Shown: one piece after another, positions 50,064 to 64,000 of the stretch
Numbering within the stretch: the first letter of the stretch is position 1
How the letters are laid out: every line of letters starts with the position of its first letter
Assembly: GCF_000002075.1 (NCBI RefSeq)
Contig: NW_004798120.1
Location: 107,848-171,847 of the forward strand
Length of the DNA: 64,000 nt
Source of the DNA: Aplysia californica
Taxonomy: Eukaryota
Direction: 5' to 3'
The notes under the pieces: model-generated
Databases searched by the model: none
Told to the model about the DNA's origin: nothing
What the model saw: the letters and a program-made list of their open reading frames with translations, nothing else
Translations under genes and position numbers: made by a program

Positions 50064-52019
50064 TTAATATGTCGATGTGCTTCGCTTTACTCAGTCGGCC
50101 TCGAACAAAACCAAGCTCTTCCTTTTCTTAATGGCGCTTTGTGCCAGTAATCTAATGATTAGGCTACTAGGCTCGTAATCATGAGGTTGCGGGTTTTGAG
50201 GTTTGAAACCTGGCCCAATATTGTGTCGTTGGGGAAAAGCACCTTACATGAATTTTCCTCCCTTCACTCTGGTGGGAATGGGTACATGTACCCGGCCATT
50301 GACTGTATAAGTATAAGTTGTCAGTATGTTAGTGTTTTAGTGCACATCAGTTTTCACCGTATGTTTCCTAGGAAGTTGAGATTTGTTTCAGAATGCTATC
50401 AGACATGTCTGCTGGGGTAATAATATAGATAGTGAAACACAGAGCATGCTGTTGAGTGGGAATTTGCATTACATGTACTCAAATGCTATCTACTATTATT
50501 ATTCAATGGTGGGTGCTCTGGTGTGGTTTGCTCCTTCTTTCTTACTGAACATCTATCAATATTATCATCCTTATCTCTCCAACTTTTTTGTTTGTTACGT
50601 TACTCTCTTGTAACACCTCTAGTCTTTGGCACATACATGACATATTTGTGTTGCAAGTGTCGTAAAGTGCTTACTATGACAAATTCTTTCTTGTATACCA
50701 GACACCACTTGGTGGGTGCTCTGGTGTGGTCTGCTCATTATTCTTTCCTATCAAACACTTATCGTCCTTATCTCTCCTTCATTTTTGTGTTTGTTTCTCT
50801 CTTGTAACACCTCTAATCTCTTGGCACTTATATGACCTTATTGTGCTGCAAGTGCCGTAAATCACTTAAAAAAAACTTAAGACACCACTTGTATACCTTC
50901 TCGTGTCAGCCATCTCAAACAGTACTCTGTCCTTCTTTCCTGTTTTCTAGTCCTGTTCCGTAATCTGCTTTCCTCTTCATTCCTGTCCCCGTCGTTTTAA
51001 GCACCCCACATAATATAGTAAAATTTGATCATTTTTTGCATAATTTCTGATTATTTTCCTTTATCATTCTTTGTTAAAATTAACAGAATCGCATAATTTC
51101 ACATTTTGGGCTCAGTTTGCATAATTTCAGAATTTTTCTTGCATAAAACCACGGGGACAGTCATTCCTATCCCCTCTATCTCTCTTACACCTTAATCTTT
51201 CTACTGCTACTCCTAGCTCCTTCCTGCTGTCTTTCAGCAAACCCCCTGATCTTAAGGTCAATCGTGGGTGGTTGGTGGATGCTCTGGTGTGGTTCGCTCC
51301 TTCTTTCCTATCAAACATCTATTGTCCTGATCTCTCCTTTTTTGCGTTTGTTACTCTCTTGTAACACCTGTAATCTTCGGCACTTATATGACCTCATTGT
51401 TTTGCAAGTGCCATAAAACTCTTAAGAAAAAAAAAAAAAAGGTCAAACACATAGCTTTCTTGGATAAGGGCAAACATTTTCGGAGGTCCATTGTGCAAGT
51501 TGTGCATGATAAAGATCTTTTGGCAATCTTAAAATCAATACAGTATAGGCTTTGGCTGCCTCTCTGGAAAAATTAAACATTAATTCCTACCAAAACTGAA
51601 AATGCTCTGGACAGTGCCTTTCCAAAATGGAATGTGGCTGCCGTAAGTTAAAACTTGAAGTCAAGAGGCTCTATGAATTGGGAAAAGCCGTCCCGATTTG
51701 TAATAACCAGTTGCACTGCAGGCTGAAGAACCCCCGAGATCTATCTGGGCAACACAAGAGATATGGGTTCGCTATACTTCGCAGTATGTCCATTTATATT
51801 TCTTATTCCAGAAGCTGAACATCTTCGAAATTTGTCATCTATCTCATATTTCACTGTTGTTTGTCCTTCGTTTATGAAGAAGATCATGACTTCACAAATT
51901 GGTCTGTTGACGGTGACTCTGGTACACATAAAATACCTTAAATCATTTTTACTTTCTCAGCAACACAATCACAATATAAACTCAAAATTTGATTTTCAAG
52001 CAAACACAAAATGTGTCCA

Positions 52020-55000
52020 CATATTGAAATAACAATTATACTTTATTGATTCAGAAATGAAAATGTAACAAAACAACCAAGACACAAAAGTACATGTAGT
52101 TACAAGGATGAAAAAATCACAAAGGTCCACATTTCTCCACTGGTACACCAAACATTTGTGAGCCGACGTTCTAAATCTTTCTGTGCTACCAGTAAAGAGA
52201 AAATGTTGGGGACTGCTGCAAGAGGAATATACAATGACCTTTAAATTAAATAAGATCATGGCATGAGTCCTTAGATGGGTCTACTTCGGCTTCTCACACT
52301 CACAGTACAGTAGTGTTGGTTGATTTACTTTTACAAACAAACTTTTAGTCAAACGCCATAAAATCAAAATGTATTATATCGCTGTGGTGTTCATCAAGCT
52401 TGTCTCCAGTTCACGAAACAAGAAAACATTGTCTGCTTTAAATTAAATTTATGCGGCATACCATTTCCGCTTTAAGGGAAAAAAAAACATTCAGCTGAAA
52501 TCAAATATAGGGTCAACTTTCCTTAAATTACACGAAGAGTAAGAAACCTATTTATGTTAAAACAGATGTTTCTTCCCCATATCACATTAAGATCGAAAGA
52601 AAAATCCATTGCTATGTGGACCTATAAAACATTTAAATCAGCCTGTTCAGAGACAAAACATTTCAAATTATTATCACTGATTAACATTAAAACAAGAGGA
52701 AATGCATTTTTTCAACATAAGTAGAGAGAAATTTCTTTCATTCACTCTTTAACTTTTATCAGTACCACACACCAACAAAATCATGCACATCATTCACTTT
52801 CTTTCCAGAAAATAATATGAAGGGTTTATACAAAAAGCAATAATGGAGTCTTCAATACTTGAACTGATGTCTTTTTTAGCTGTAAGAATTTTGAGCAGTA
52901 ACTTTCATCTTGACTGCATAAAAGTAAAGTATTTTGTCAGAAAACTTATTGTAACTACATCTAGTAATTTTTTACAGCTACGATTCAGTTTTATTTTTAT
53001 CTGAATCAGCTCACTGAAGGTGAATGGGATTAACATTGATTTATCAGTTTTTCATTCTTTGGATACAAAGTGTTGCTATAAAGCCCTTCATAGTTGTACT
53101 TGTACAACAGATCACAGATTAAAGACAAAAATAATCAACAAAGACTTATTTAGGTCGTGCATCAATAAATATTTAACAATCAGCACACTATACACAATAC
53201 AGAGAATGACACACTAACCACAAAAATTTACCCGACCATCTTCCACTTTTCATCTATTCACAGTCTCAAAGTGAGCTTCACATCAATAAAGCAGAAGTCT
53301 TGAGATCCACACTTTAAAACAATACATAATGTATGGTACAGTTCCCTTATACACAACTTGTATCTTATATTTTAAAACAAATTTACCCGCCTAACAAGAA
53401 GCAAAAACAAACTTTAAAACAACGAAAGTCATCTATTTTAAAGTCCAAAAACTTCTCCACAAAATAATATTTCGCCAAGTGCTAAGAAATGTGGGTATAC
53501 TTGACGTGACATCAAAGCCAATCACATTAAGATAAGAAAAGGGCATGAATCCGCTACAAAAAGAGAACATGCACATAAACATAAAACAAAAATCAGATTA
53601 TTATTATTATTGCCTGTCGTCTGAATACGTTTATTTACCGATTAATAGTCGATATCGTAAGAAAAAAGTGAAACTCCAATGTTTTTCACTCATCTTGCAC
53701 AGCAGAGCCCAAGCTCAAAAAGATTTCCAAATTTTTCTTACACTAGCGACATAATGATAAATCCGACACTGCAAGATAATGCGACCTTATTCTCTCAGTC
53801 AGTTTCCAAGCATACAAATCACAAAGATCATTGACTTAGTGACACACAAGACTACGCCACACATTTACTTTACACCTCTTTCACACACTGGCTTGTGCTA
53901 CCTGCCTCTGTCTTTCAAGCACAATTTATTATTGCATTCATGTTGATGGTCTCTGACCACATTCCCTCAGTTAGTACCAGTCAGACAACAGCATAATGCA
54001 ATATATATATATATATTCGCTCATTCCAATAATGGATCAGGTCAGAAAAAGAAAAAACTGAATAAATAGTCCCAGATAATTTTTAAAAATGCCAGCTTCT
54101 GTATCAAACGATAATTTGAGAGAAACACAAAATATAGGTAAAGTGATTTTTTTTTTTTTCATGCGTTTTGCGTCAAACAATTGAGCAAATCACTGAATAC
54201 TATACTCCCAACAGGCAAAGTTATCTAACCATAAAACAGATCTTGCCATGAAATTCACGCTACCTTATTCATTTTCTATAAAAAATTTATTCAAAATTCA
54301 GATATTACTCGCGAATGACATTTGTTACCTTCCTTGTCCATTCCGCACATTGAGGGACCAAACAATGGGCATATATATAAATATATCAAATGTCTTCTGA
54401 ACCTTTCGATGTTTGTACAACAGAAAAGACAATAAATTAACGACTATGAGTCCCTCATCTTGCTTACTTCGCAACATTTTCTAGCCCCCCCCCCCCCCCC
54501 CCCCCCAAATCAATAAAAAAAAAAAAAAAAAGCTGAAGCTCAAGCATTTTCTTCCTCTATTGCTCCTACTCATCCCCCTTGCCCACTGAAGTCCGACAAC
54601 TCTACTTATATGACGTCAGAGTATAACATTCTACGTTGAAAGAGCCGATCAAGACAAGAGTAAGCTAACTCATGCAGAGTTCAAATCCCCCCCCCCCCCC
54701 TCGCATAAATAAAACTAACTGCAAAATTACTTATGCAAAGAAGTTAATGTGGAAAAAAAAGTACAATGTATTGCACAGCCACATGTGACAAGAAGAAGAT
54801 TATCGCCCACAAAACACGTCATATACATTATAATTATAGAGCATTTGCCTTTGTTTTGAGAAAATTTCACACATTCATCAAAGCCTTCACCGTAAACTTT
54901 ACGAAGATAATCATAGAAAATGTAGATGATGAAATTTATCCATGAATGAGCTGTCACTTTCATGAATACGGCAGCAGTACAGTTTGACAGTGTCATGAAA

Positions 55001-55519
55001 CCTGAGCCAGCACGTTAGCTTCGGTGAGCACACGGAGAGAGAGAGAGAGAAACATTGTTGGAAACCTTGGGACGAAAAGCTTAAAAAACAAAAACATGGG
55101 CATTTATTTATACAAAAGAAAGAAAACTAATACATCAGAAATTCCAAATAAGTTGCCATTTGTACAGAAATACTTCTCCAGACAACACTATTCCAATCAT
55201 TTGAAAATCTCTCGATTAGAAGAATAAAAAGGACTCTGACAACAATACAACGTGCTCGAAGTATGTAAATCGTGGAAAGACTAAAATCAAATATTAAAGC
55301 ACACATAACCAGTTTTGTTCAAGACTGTCGTTTATAATAGCAAAGTGAGAGTACTAAAAGAAGGGCAAATTTAAACAAATTGATTACATAAATGCAAACA
55401 TACACTTTGATACATTTGCTATGGAATGGTTCACTATCAACTTCTAGGTCTCAAGCCTTCTGTCTGTACTCTCCTTTTGCATGTTCATCTAGTGACTATT
55501 TGTGTGTGCTTCTGTGGGT

Positions 55520-55564
<45 letters not shown>

Positions 55565-56824
55565 TTGACAAGGGTGTTTGCATGATCTACAGTGCTGCAG
55601 CAAATTTGTTTTTGTGGAGCTCAATAAACTGTTATATTATCTCACCCTATCATACTTCCAGTGAAGAGAGAGACTGTGTCAGGGACCACAGAGCATTCTC
55701 ATCTAAGATATCTTATCCTGGCAATAATACTTTCAATATTCCCCTTGCCCATTATGACTTATGGGTCTGCCATTCAGAACTTTAAGACGTCATAGCGTCC
55801 ATCGACCTTTCAGGACAAGAACCCTAATCCAGTTCAGAGGTTCCCCGCGTCTTCTTCCAGTTCTATGCACAGGGTGTGAGGGCGTCACTGATAGATCCTA
55901 CATTTTTGTTTTCTCTGTTAATTAAAAATTCTTTTTACTTTCCATAAAATGACTCTTATCCTGTCTATGTGTTTCTTTATTCACAGCTCTGTGTTAATAT
56001 GACTCCATGGGTTGTAAGCACTACCAAATTATGTTGAAAGAGAATAACGACAACCATTTTGGACACATTCTTCAGAACTGATGTCAGTTTGGCAACAATT
56101 GATTTGAACTTTTCAAGAGAGAAAATAGGCCTCAAGACAGCAGTTTGTAAACCGAAAAGTTGGAAGGCCTATTTTGGCCTCTTTAGTTTTAGTAAGTGTT
56201 TAACAGCACTTGCAACACAATAAAGTCATATAAGTTCCTCCGAAATAACACAATCTATGTGGCTCCGAAAAAATTTGATTCAAAATTTCTTTTCTCACAG
56301 GAAGTTGAGTTAGACAGTACATGTCTTTCACTTTGATCAAGGCCACTGCTAACTGGTGTTAATTCTTCTCCACAAGAGACCAGAGCTCACATTCAAGTGC
56401 ATCACTGACCAGTCTGATGTTCTGCCTAACCTGATCATGCAAAACTGAGTAACTGAAAATCATTTACAAACTCAGTAAAAACATAAAATAATTACCATAT
56501 TTTGACTATCAGTGATCAGTATTCCAATGCAAAAGAATTTGAGAGGCCTACAACAGAGCATTTTGCAAAGTAAAAAAAGTCTGCATACTGTACCAGGAAA
56601 AAAAATACTTCATTTACAAAAGGTACCAAAACCATCCTCCATAGATCTAAAAATGCAATATCTTTTTGTCACAGAAAACTTAGGCAACGTCTGACGGGCC
56701 TAAGTATACAAAGTCAAAGATTCTGACGGATTTCTAGCTCTCTGGACACATGCAGTCAGCAACTGAGAAGGCAGGCGGTTGTTAGAAGGAATCACGAGGG
56801 GAGACGTTGATCATGTCTGGAGAT
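52020..56824 (-). other. Probable terminal exon and long 3' UTR of an unidentified minus-strand gene
   Basis: Strong acceptor on - (tttcttcttgcag, exon starts 56824), with a stop within 15 codons in every phase (e.g. SPDMINVSPRDSF* or ISRHDQRLPS*). About 4.8 kb of U-rich, repeat-poor minus-strand sequence follows, with AATAAA on - at 52042-52047. Confidence 0.5.
55517..55564. repeat. Compound (TG)n(AG)n microsatellite
   Basis: Seen directly. Confidence 0.95.
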
Positions 56825-58180
56825 CTGCAAGAAGAAACACATTTTGTTTGTTTAAGTCAAAACATACATCAGAATATACATGTAAATCAATGTAATTTAT
56901 ACCATAATTAACTTCATTTTGTGCGGGGGAAAAAAAGCATGACAGACAAATAGAAACCATAAAATCAAAGGACAGTTGTAAGACCTACTACTACTGGTGT
57001 ACGCCAACCACCCACTGAAAAAACACATATAAACCATTTAAACATTGAAATGCTGGTACAGAAAAAAAAGAGGGAAAAATGACCAAAAGCTTACACTTCG
57101 TAAACCCCTTTCTGAGTTTTGGAATCCAAGGATTAGTTCCGATGAACGAGAAAAAAGAAAACATTGAAAAACAACACAGAATGAAACATACAAAAACTCA
57201 GTTTTGTAAATAAAGCTTGAAAGTTCAAATGAACTGATTTAAAAACTTTTTAAGTTTTTCAATTGCGTCCATTATCCAACTTCTAAAAACGAATTCTATG
57301 CCACAAGACTTTGGACTGGGAATGTAACCATCTCGCAACTAGATCAAACCAAAGCAAGAAATAACTACTAAAGGATAACATCAACGCACCCCCCCCCCCC
57401 ACCTTCAACACAGGTAACAGTATAATAGTAATACAAATAATGTTACATCAGGCAAAAGTTTGAGTGTCAGCATCAGCCAATAAATGAAACTGATTTAGTA
57501 ACAGCGAGAAGCACCAGGTCTTGTGTTAAGTTCTACACAATTTTGGGGGAAATTTTGGGGGGCAGGGACTATAAATGGTACTTACATAAATATGTATTTA
57601 AAAACAAGTAGTACTCAAGCTTTGTCTGCGTAAATAAATACAGTGAAGCACGTCAATACAATTACAGTCATTAAGTGCTGGGGCAAAGTAAGACAGACAA
57701 AAACCAGAGGAGGGAAGTTAAGAAGTAGAACCTATCAGCGACACCCTCCAACCACCTGCACCTGTACTCCAGAATTCACAGCACATAACACAAAAGCAAA
57801 AGAAGAAAGAACCTTTCCATGTGGAGTATGCAGAACAGATGGTAGGTAACACCCCCCTNNNNNNNNNNNNNNNNNNNNNNNNNNNNNNNNNNNNNNNNNN
57901 NNNNNNNNNNNNNNNNNNNNNNNNNNNNNNNNNNNNNNNNNNNNNNNNNNNNNNNNNNATATCATCATATTGTAGATTTTTACAGTGTTTCATTATGGAG
58001 GGTCTGGGATGATAAAGACATGGGACTCAAAACCAAGTCTAAATTGTACACCTGCTAGCTTGTTTAAATGTTTAGTTTTAGTAAGAGTTTTACGGAATTT
58101 GAAATACACGTCTTGTAAGATTGTTCCAGGTGGAAAAAAATCACATTGACTCCTGGTCACTTAGTGAAGATAAATAAATC

Positions 58181-58673
58181 AACACAGAAACAAAGCAATC
58201 TGATAAAGAAACACACAGAAACAAAGTAACACAGATAAAGAAACACACAGAAACAAAGTAACACAGATAAAGAAACACACAGAAACAAAGTAACACAGAT
58301 AAAGAAACACACAGAAACAAAGTAACACAGATAAAGAAACACACAGAAACAAAGTAACACAGATAAACAAACACACAGAAACAAAGTAACACAGATAAAG
58401 AAACACACAGAAACAAAGTAACACAGATAAAGAAACACACAGAAACAAAGTAACACAGATAAAGAAACACACAGAAACAAAGTAACACAGATAAAGAAAC
58501 ACACAGAAACAAAGTAACACAGATAAAGAAACACACAGAAACAAAGTAACACAGATAAACAAACACACAGAAACAAAGTAACACAGATAAAGAAACAGAT
58601 AGAAACAAAGTAACACAGATAAAGAAACAGATAGAAACAAAGTAACACAGATAAAGAAACAGATAGAAACAAA
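58181..58673. repeat. 32-bp minisatellite, ~15 copies (AAACACACAGAAACAAAGTAACACAGATAAAG)
   Basis: Near-perfect tandem units. Source of the Cys/Val/Phe-rich ORFs at 58141-58799. Confidence 0.97.
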
Positions 58674-60798
58674 TCTGTCACTGTAAAAGAGTTGTTTGTA
58701 AGCTCCAATCTTGAATTCACAGGCATGTGACATTAACAGTACAGTAAAAACATGAAAGGGCAGAAAATTATCACTGATGAAAGTATGTGAGAGTATCAAA
58801 ATGTAAATTATACCAGGTTTTAAAGTAGGGCCTATATTTGTAGGTTAATGTTTAAAACATAAAATATATCGTGAAAAAGCCACATCAATTTAGTGCAGAA
58901 ACTGCGACAATGTCAGTAGCTTGGCACCGGCAGTAAATGAATAAGTCCATTTTGTAGCAACAACAGTACAGTACATGAGAGAAAGCAAAAACGGGATAGC
59001 ACTATTAAAAATACACAACAGAGTCACACTATTCATGACGTTTCAGCACGACAAGGAGCACTCTATGTTAGTAAGTGAACAAGCCAGTGAGTTGCAGAGA
59101 CTGAGGTTTTCAGGACCCTAAAACTACAAACATTTCTCTTCTGAATAAAAGTAAAAAGAAATCATTGGGAGGCACCCTAGCTTAACACCCCAAATCATTA
59201 TAACAGCCACGATCAAAACTACCCAAGTCATTTTTTTCTTCTCATTTTGAGAATATCAAAGTTAACCTTTATGACTTGAGCAAAAGAGAAACTGTTTACC
59301 AAAAGGATTTGTAATACATTCAAATACCCCCCCCCCCCCCACCCAACTGAAGATGTGTACAACTAAGTCACAGGCATTTTTCACAATAGCAATAACTAGA
59401 AACTTGAAAATTACTTTAATGACCGGGACGAGTATGCATGTACAAGCTGCATCAAAGTCAAAGGCAAAACTTTTTGAAGGGGCAAAAATGTGGCTACAAC
59501 ATCAAAGAAAATCTAATTAAAAAAACAAAATAAAACGGCAAGGCAAAACGAGGAACGTTTCAAATTAAATCAACTCATCAACAAGTAGCAAATGCAGAAT
59601 GTATCATAACAAAAAGAAAGAAAACAAAACAAAACAAAAAAAACTGCCCCCCAAAAAGGTGATTCAGCAAGGCCCAATGAACACCGAGTTGAAAGGACAC
59701 AGAGAAATATAGCACTCAACAAAATTCATGGAATACTTGTAGACCCGATGTCATTTTGCTGCATTCGCAGGTGTGAACCCCCCCCCCCCCCCCCCAAAAA
59801 AAAAATATTAAAAAATCAAACAAACAAACAAAAAAACCCGAATCCCCCACCAAAAAAACCCTAACAAAATTTGATAGCATCGAAGAGTAAGTATTTCAGC
59901 GCTAAAGGGAAGGCCTACTCTGCTAGCATTCAGTGGGACACTTATGTCCTTCTGACCCACAAGGCCACAGGATGGGTTTGAGTCAGAGTTCAGAGAAGCA
60001 TAAATCATTACAAAAACAGCCGTTTAGAGCTGACAAAAAGTTAGCAGGCAAATAGATACAAAGGAAGGATAGTAACGAACTTGGAGCATGAGGCCCAAAT
60101 ATTTGAGAAAATCACCAAAAAAAAGATGATTTCCCGAAACTGTGGGTTGGTGGAGGGGATACATCACATACCATTGGTTTGGTGCTCTCCGGCAACCCAA
60201 TGGGGGGGAGGGGGTGGGGGTGGGGGGAATTTGGTGTGTGCNNNNNNNNNNNNNNNNNNNNNNNNNNNNNNNNNNNNNNNNNNNNNNNNNNNNNNNNNNN
60301 NNNNNNNNNNNNNNNNNNNNNNNNNNNNNNNNNNNNNNNNNTGGGGGGGAGGGGGTGGGGGTGGGGGGGAATTTGGTGTGTGCGTGTATGGGAAAGTCAT
60401 CTTTATCAGAATTTTCCCAAATTTTTGGACCTCTTGCAACTAAAATAGTTAATGCATAATACAAGCATGGTATAATGGTATAAAATAACCCCCCCCCAAA
60501 AAACCCCAAAACAACAACAAACAAACAAAACAACAACAAAAACAAACCCATACAAAAAACCCCGACGACCAAACAAAAGACCCCACCCACCCCCGAACAA
60601 GCCACTTTCTTTCAACATAATGGCAAAAGACGAAGAGAAAAATATTATTATTATGATACAAAAAGCTTCAGCATCATTCTACATGACACCCAACAGTATG
60701 GTAAGGAATATATAAAAGTTGCCGAAGCATCGACGCCGCCTCTTGCCAACTAGCAGCAGCAGCAGCAGAGACATTGCAATGACAACGCAGCGACAAAG

Positions 60799-60985
60799 TC
60801 AGTAAGTAGAAGCATGAGAGCCCAAAGGCGTGGCGGCGACAACCGTCGCGTCGACCTCGCTCGTCTCACCGCGTCCCGGGGTGACCACTGCGACCAACAT
60901 GGTGGCCTCCTGCTCGCCGGACAGTGTAGGTGCTAGAGCTAGAGAGTTCTCCGGTCCGTCCAGAAGCAACGGTTCCTTCTTCACC
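60799..60985 (-). CDS. Candidate (alternative) terminal coding exon of the unidentified minus-strand gene
   Basis: GC-rich island preceded on - by acceptor ggtttctcccag. Phase 2 reads xVKKEPLLLDGPENSLALAPTLSGEQEATMLVAVVTPGRGETSEVDATVVAATPLGSHASTY*; phase 0 is also open for 39 codons. Confidence 0.45.
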
Positions 60986-63036
60986 CTGGGAGAAACCAGC
61001 ACAGCACAGCCACGCAGGGACGGCACAAGAGAAGATTTTTATATATAATATATATAAAAGTCTGAGTCTTTGAGGGCTGAGAAGCACACCCACACACACC
61101 AGCAGCAACCGCAGTGTGCTTGTTTTACTGAGAGTTTTATGGCACTGACGACACAAAAAGGAGAGCAAGGACAAAGTATGATAGACACACAGAAACAACA
61201 GAGGGAAGACCAAAAAAGTGTAGGACGTGCACGTGGCACCTTCCAACCACATACATGATGTTCTTAGTTCTCTTTTCCTTAATTATGAGTTTTACGGCAC
61301 TTTCAACACAATAGGTCATACAAGTGCTAAAGGTCCTAAGGTGTGACCAGAGAGTAACAAACGAAGAGAAAAAGAAAACAGGGAGGTTAGATAAGGACGA
61401 TAAATGTATGATAGGAAAGATGAAGTAAACCACACCAGAGCACCCGCCAACCATATACTGAGTATGGGAAAGCACATATCCACAGTAACAGCCATACAGA
61501 GCAGGGGAAAAGCAAGACAAAAAGACAGAAGCAACAGAGGGGAAGCAAATAATTTGTAGAACAATGGTGCCCTCCTGCTACCCATAACATTTTTTCATCA
61601 AGAATCCTAAGTTGTCAGAGTGAGAGGTCTCAGCACTAGATTCTCCGCTACTCACTAGATCTCCTATTCCACATCGTTCAGTTTTAGTAAGTGTTTTACG
61701 GCACTTGCAACACAATAAGGTCATGTAAGTGCTGAAGATTAGAGGTGTTACAAGAGAGTAACTGAAACAAAAAGGAAGGGGAGATAAAGACAATAGATGG
61801 TTGATAGGAAAGAAGAAGCAAAACCACACCAGAACACCCGCCAACCACCCACTTTCCACATCGTTATTATTGTCATTCACTTGTTCAACGTTTCAGTCAT
61901 TTCTAGTTTGAGTAAAGACAAGCACAACAACACAGTAACAGCCTCTAGTCCTATCAAAACAAAACAAAGGCTGCACTGCAAGGACAACACAATAAAGAAA
62001 AATAAAGACTGCCCCGAAAGTAGTGCTGAAAAACCTAAAATAGAAAATACCTGTCTACAAGCAGAAACACGCGAAATTTCAAGATTACAAACGTGAATTG
62101 TGTAATATAGTTGTGTGATAATTAATTTAAAGAAGACTAATAAATTGGGACTATCCAATTCACATAATAAATAATATGCACGCACATTATACAAGTGTGC
62201 ACATACATTATAATAGAACAAAGAGAAGAAAAAAATACACAATTAAAAAATCGTGAACACAAGCTTATTTCAAATGTGATTGACAGAAATCACAATACCC
62301 CCCCCCCCCCCAAAAAAAATATAAAAATTATCCCTAAAACATTAAAAAAAACACCTAAAAATACAAAAAAGAAGAAAGAAGGGCGAGAAAAATCACCTCT
62401 GTGCCCACAGGTCACTACGAGTACCAGTCTGGGCTTACGAACACTCTGCTACAAGGGGGAGGGAGAGATGAGAAGGAAGGAAAACGGTAATCAATCGACA
62501 AAGTATCACGAACAAAGGGGAAAAATTTCTTATAGGAAATCAGCCAAAACAAAGACTAAGAGTTTCGTTTAGTTTTAGTAGAGGTTTTATGGCGCTCGCA
62601 ACTGTGTAAGGTCATATGAGCACCAGAAGATTAGAGGTGTTACAAGAGAGTAACAAACATAAAAAAAGAAGAAGGGGAGATAAGGACGATAGATGTTTGA
62701 TAGGAAAGAAGAAGCAAACCACACCAGAGCACCTGCCAACTACCCACCGATAGATGTTTGATAGGAAAGAAGAAGCAAACCACACCAGAGCACGTATCAC
62801 AAACAAAGGGCGAAAATGTCACCCTGGTAATCAGCCAAAACAAACAACATGTACATGAATCATCAAAACATCACACTTTCTCAGTCAACATTCAACAACA
62901 ACACTATTCTTGCTGCCCAATAGAATAAATACAAAAAAACCCCACGCAGCCATTACGTTTTTTCTACTTTTTTTTGTGACTTTGTATTTTTAAGGAATGG
63001 TTGTTAGCTTCTTCGATTACTAGAGTAAAAGCACCA

Positions 63037-63172
63037 TCTTTTCTCAGAGCTTTGTGTAAGCTAACTTTACACGATCTTTTCTCAGAACTTTGTGTAAGCT
63101 AACTTTACACGATCTTTTCTCAGAACTTTGTGTAAGTTAACAAGTTAACTTTCCACCATCTTTTCTCAGAAG
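63037..63172. repeat. ~38-39-bp tandem repeat, ~3 copies (TCTTTTCTCAGAACTTTGTGTAAGCTAACTTTACACGA)
   Basis: Seen directly. Confidence 0.85.
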
Positions 63173-64000
63173 TTTGCGTCTTAGTCTTCCATCAGAGGTT
63201 TCCTTTACAACATTCACCAAAGAATATGTCAGCCTCTCAGGTCTCTACACGGCTCAGGCAACACTACTTCATTGAGGAGCAGCATTCTGGTCCATCCACA
63301 GATCTTGAGGACGTAATGTTTAGAGGCACTTAAAAAAGAAGAAGAATTTTTTATTTCAATATTAATAATAATAATAGATAATAGACAGGATTTGTATAGC
63401 GCAAATCCTCACTCAACAGCAAGCTCTATGCCCTTCAGTCTATACTGTTACCCCAGTAGAACTGAGAGCATTCTGAAACAAACTCAACTTCCTGGAAAGC
63501 ATACAGTGCAAGCTGTAATTTATGGGTGCTAAATAAAGCACTAACACAAAGACAAGATTTTTCGCTGTCTATGGCCGGGTACCAATTCCCACCTGGGTGA
63601 AGTGAGGAAAATTCGTGTAAAGTGCCTTTCCCAAGGACACAACGTCGGGCTTATAGCTCAGACTCCCCCCCCCCTTCCGCCCCCCAAAAACAAACAAAAA
63701 CAAAAACAACCCTGCCCACATCCAGTACCCATACATCCAGCAGGGCAGGTGCCTAACATCCTGTTGTAACACTGTAATACAAACATTGAAATATTGCACT
63801 GGGAAGGTGAGAAGACATAGCACACTTTGAACGAAAATACAATATTGGAAGTCTACAGACAAAAGAAAACGGACAGTTCTAGGAATTATACCAAAACAGG
63901 ACATTCAAATCTAGGATTTGGTGGTTGAAAAACAACTACGTAGTTTTCCTCCAGCGAAAAAAAAAAATTAAACAATAGCCAAAAACAAACAACCCATCCC

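Noticed and set aside
51440-51930. Coding-like composition on the minus strand
   Set aside because: All frames are interrupted and I recognised no motif; possibly an old TE relic.
58141-58799. Cys/Val/Phe-rich ORFs and a CRISPR-like periodic array
   Set aside because: Head-to-tail 32-bp minisatellite with no unique spacers, in a eukaryotic genome.
60200-60382. Direct repeat flanking a 100-N gap
   Set aside because: Likely overlapping contig ends or a collapsed tandem repeat, i.e. an assembly artefact.

Overview
Animal genomic DNA: AT-rich, intron- and repeat-rich, with several N gaps. The GPCR type and repeat content suggest a mollusc, probably a gastropod (inference). I assembled genes by reading splice sites, because the ORF track misses most exons. 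Left to right: (1) the last three exons of a branched-chain amino-acid aminotransferase (BCAT, +); (2) a ~1.8-kb inverted duplication (13455-15286 vs 22147-24321) enclosing a decayed Tx1/L1 LINE and a 3-exon gene for a secreted saposin-like, NK-lysin/amoebapore-type prepropeptide that no single ORF shows; (3) an intronless rhodopsin-class GPCR (-) resembling gastropod chemoreceptors; (4) a decayed RTE LINE; (5) a complete 9-coding-exon, 388-aa stand-alone SRA/YDG gene; (6) probable terminal exons and a long 3' UTR of an unidentified minus-strand gene. The SRA gene has none of UHRF1's UBL/TTD/PHD/RING domains. It carries an N-terminal YExxRxxNxxxNxxxLxxxG helix like those of CDCA7 and WDR76, an RRKSAR motif, a fungal-type finger loop and one GC-AG intron. 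It is the best candidate for an undescribed system: a possible SRA-based hemimethyl-CpG sensor and HELLS adaptor. SINEs, MITEs and Harbinger-, Mutator- and piggyBac-type relics are scattered throughout. Family assignments come from recalled motifs; no database search was run.
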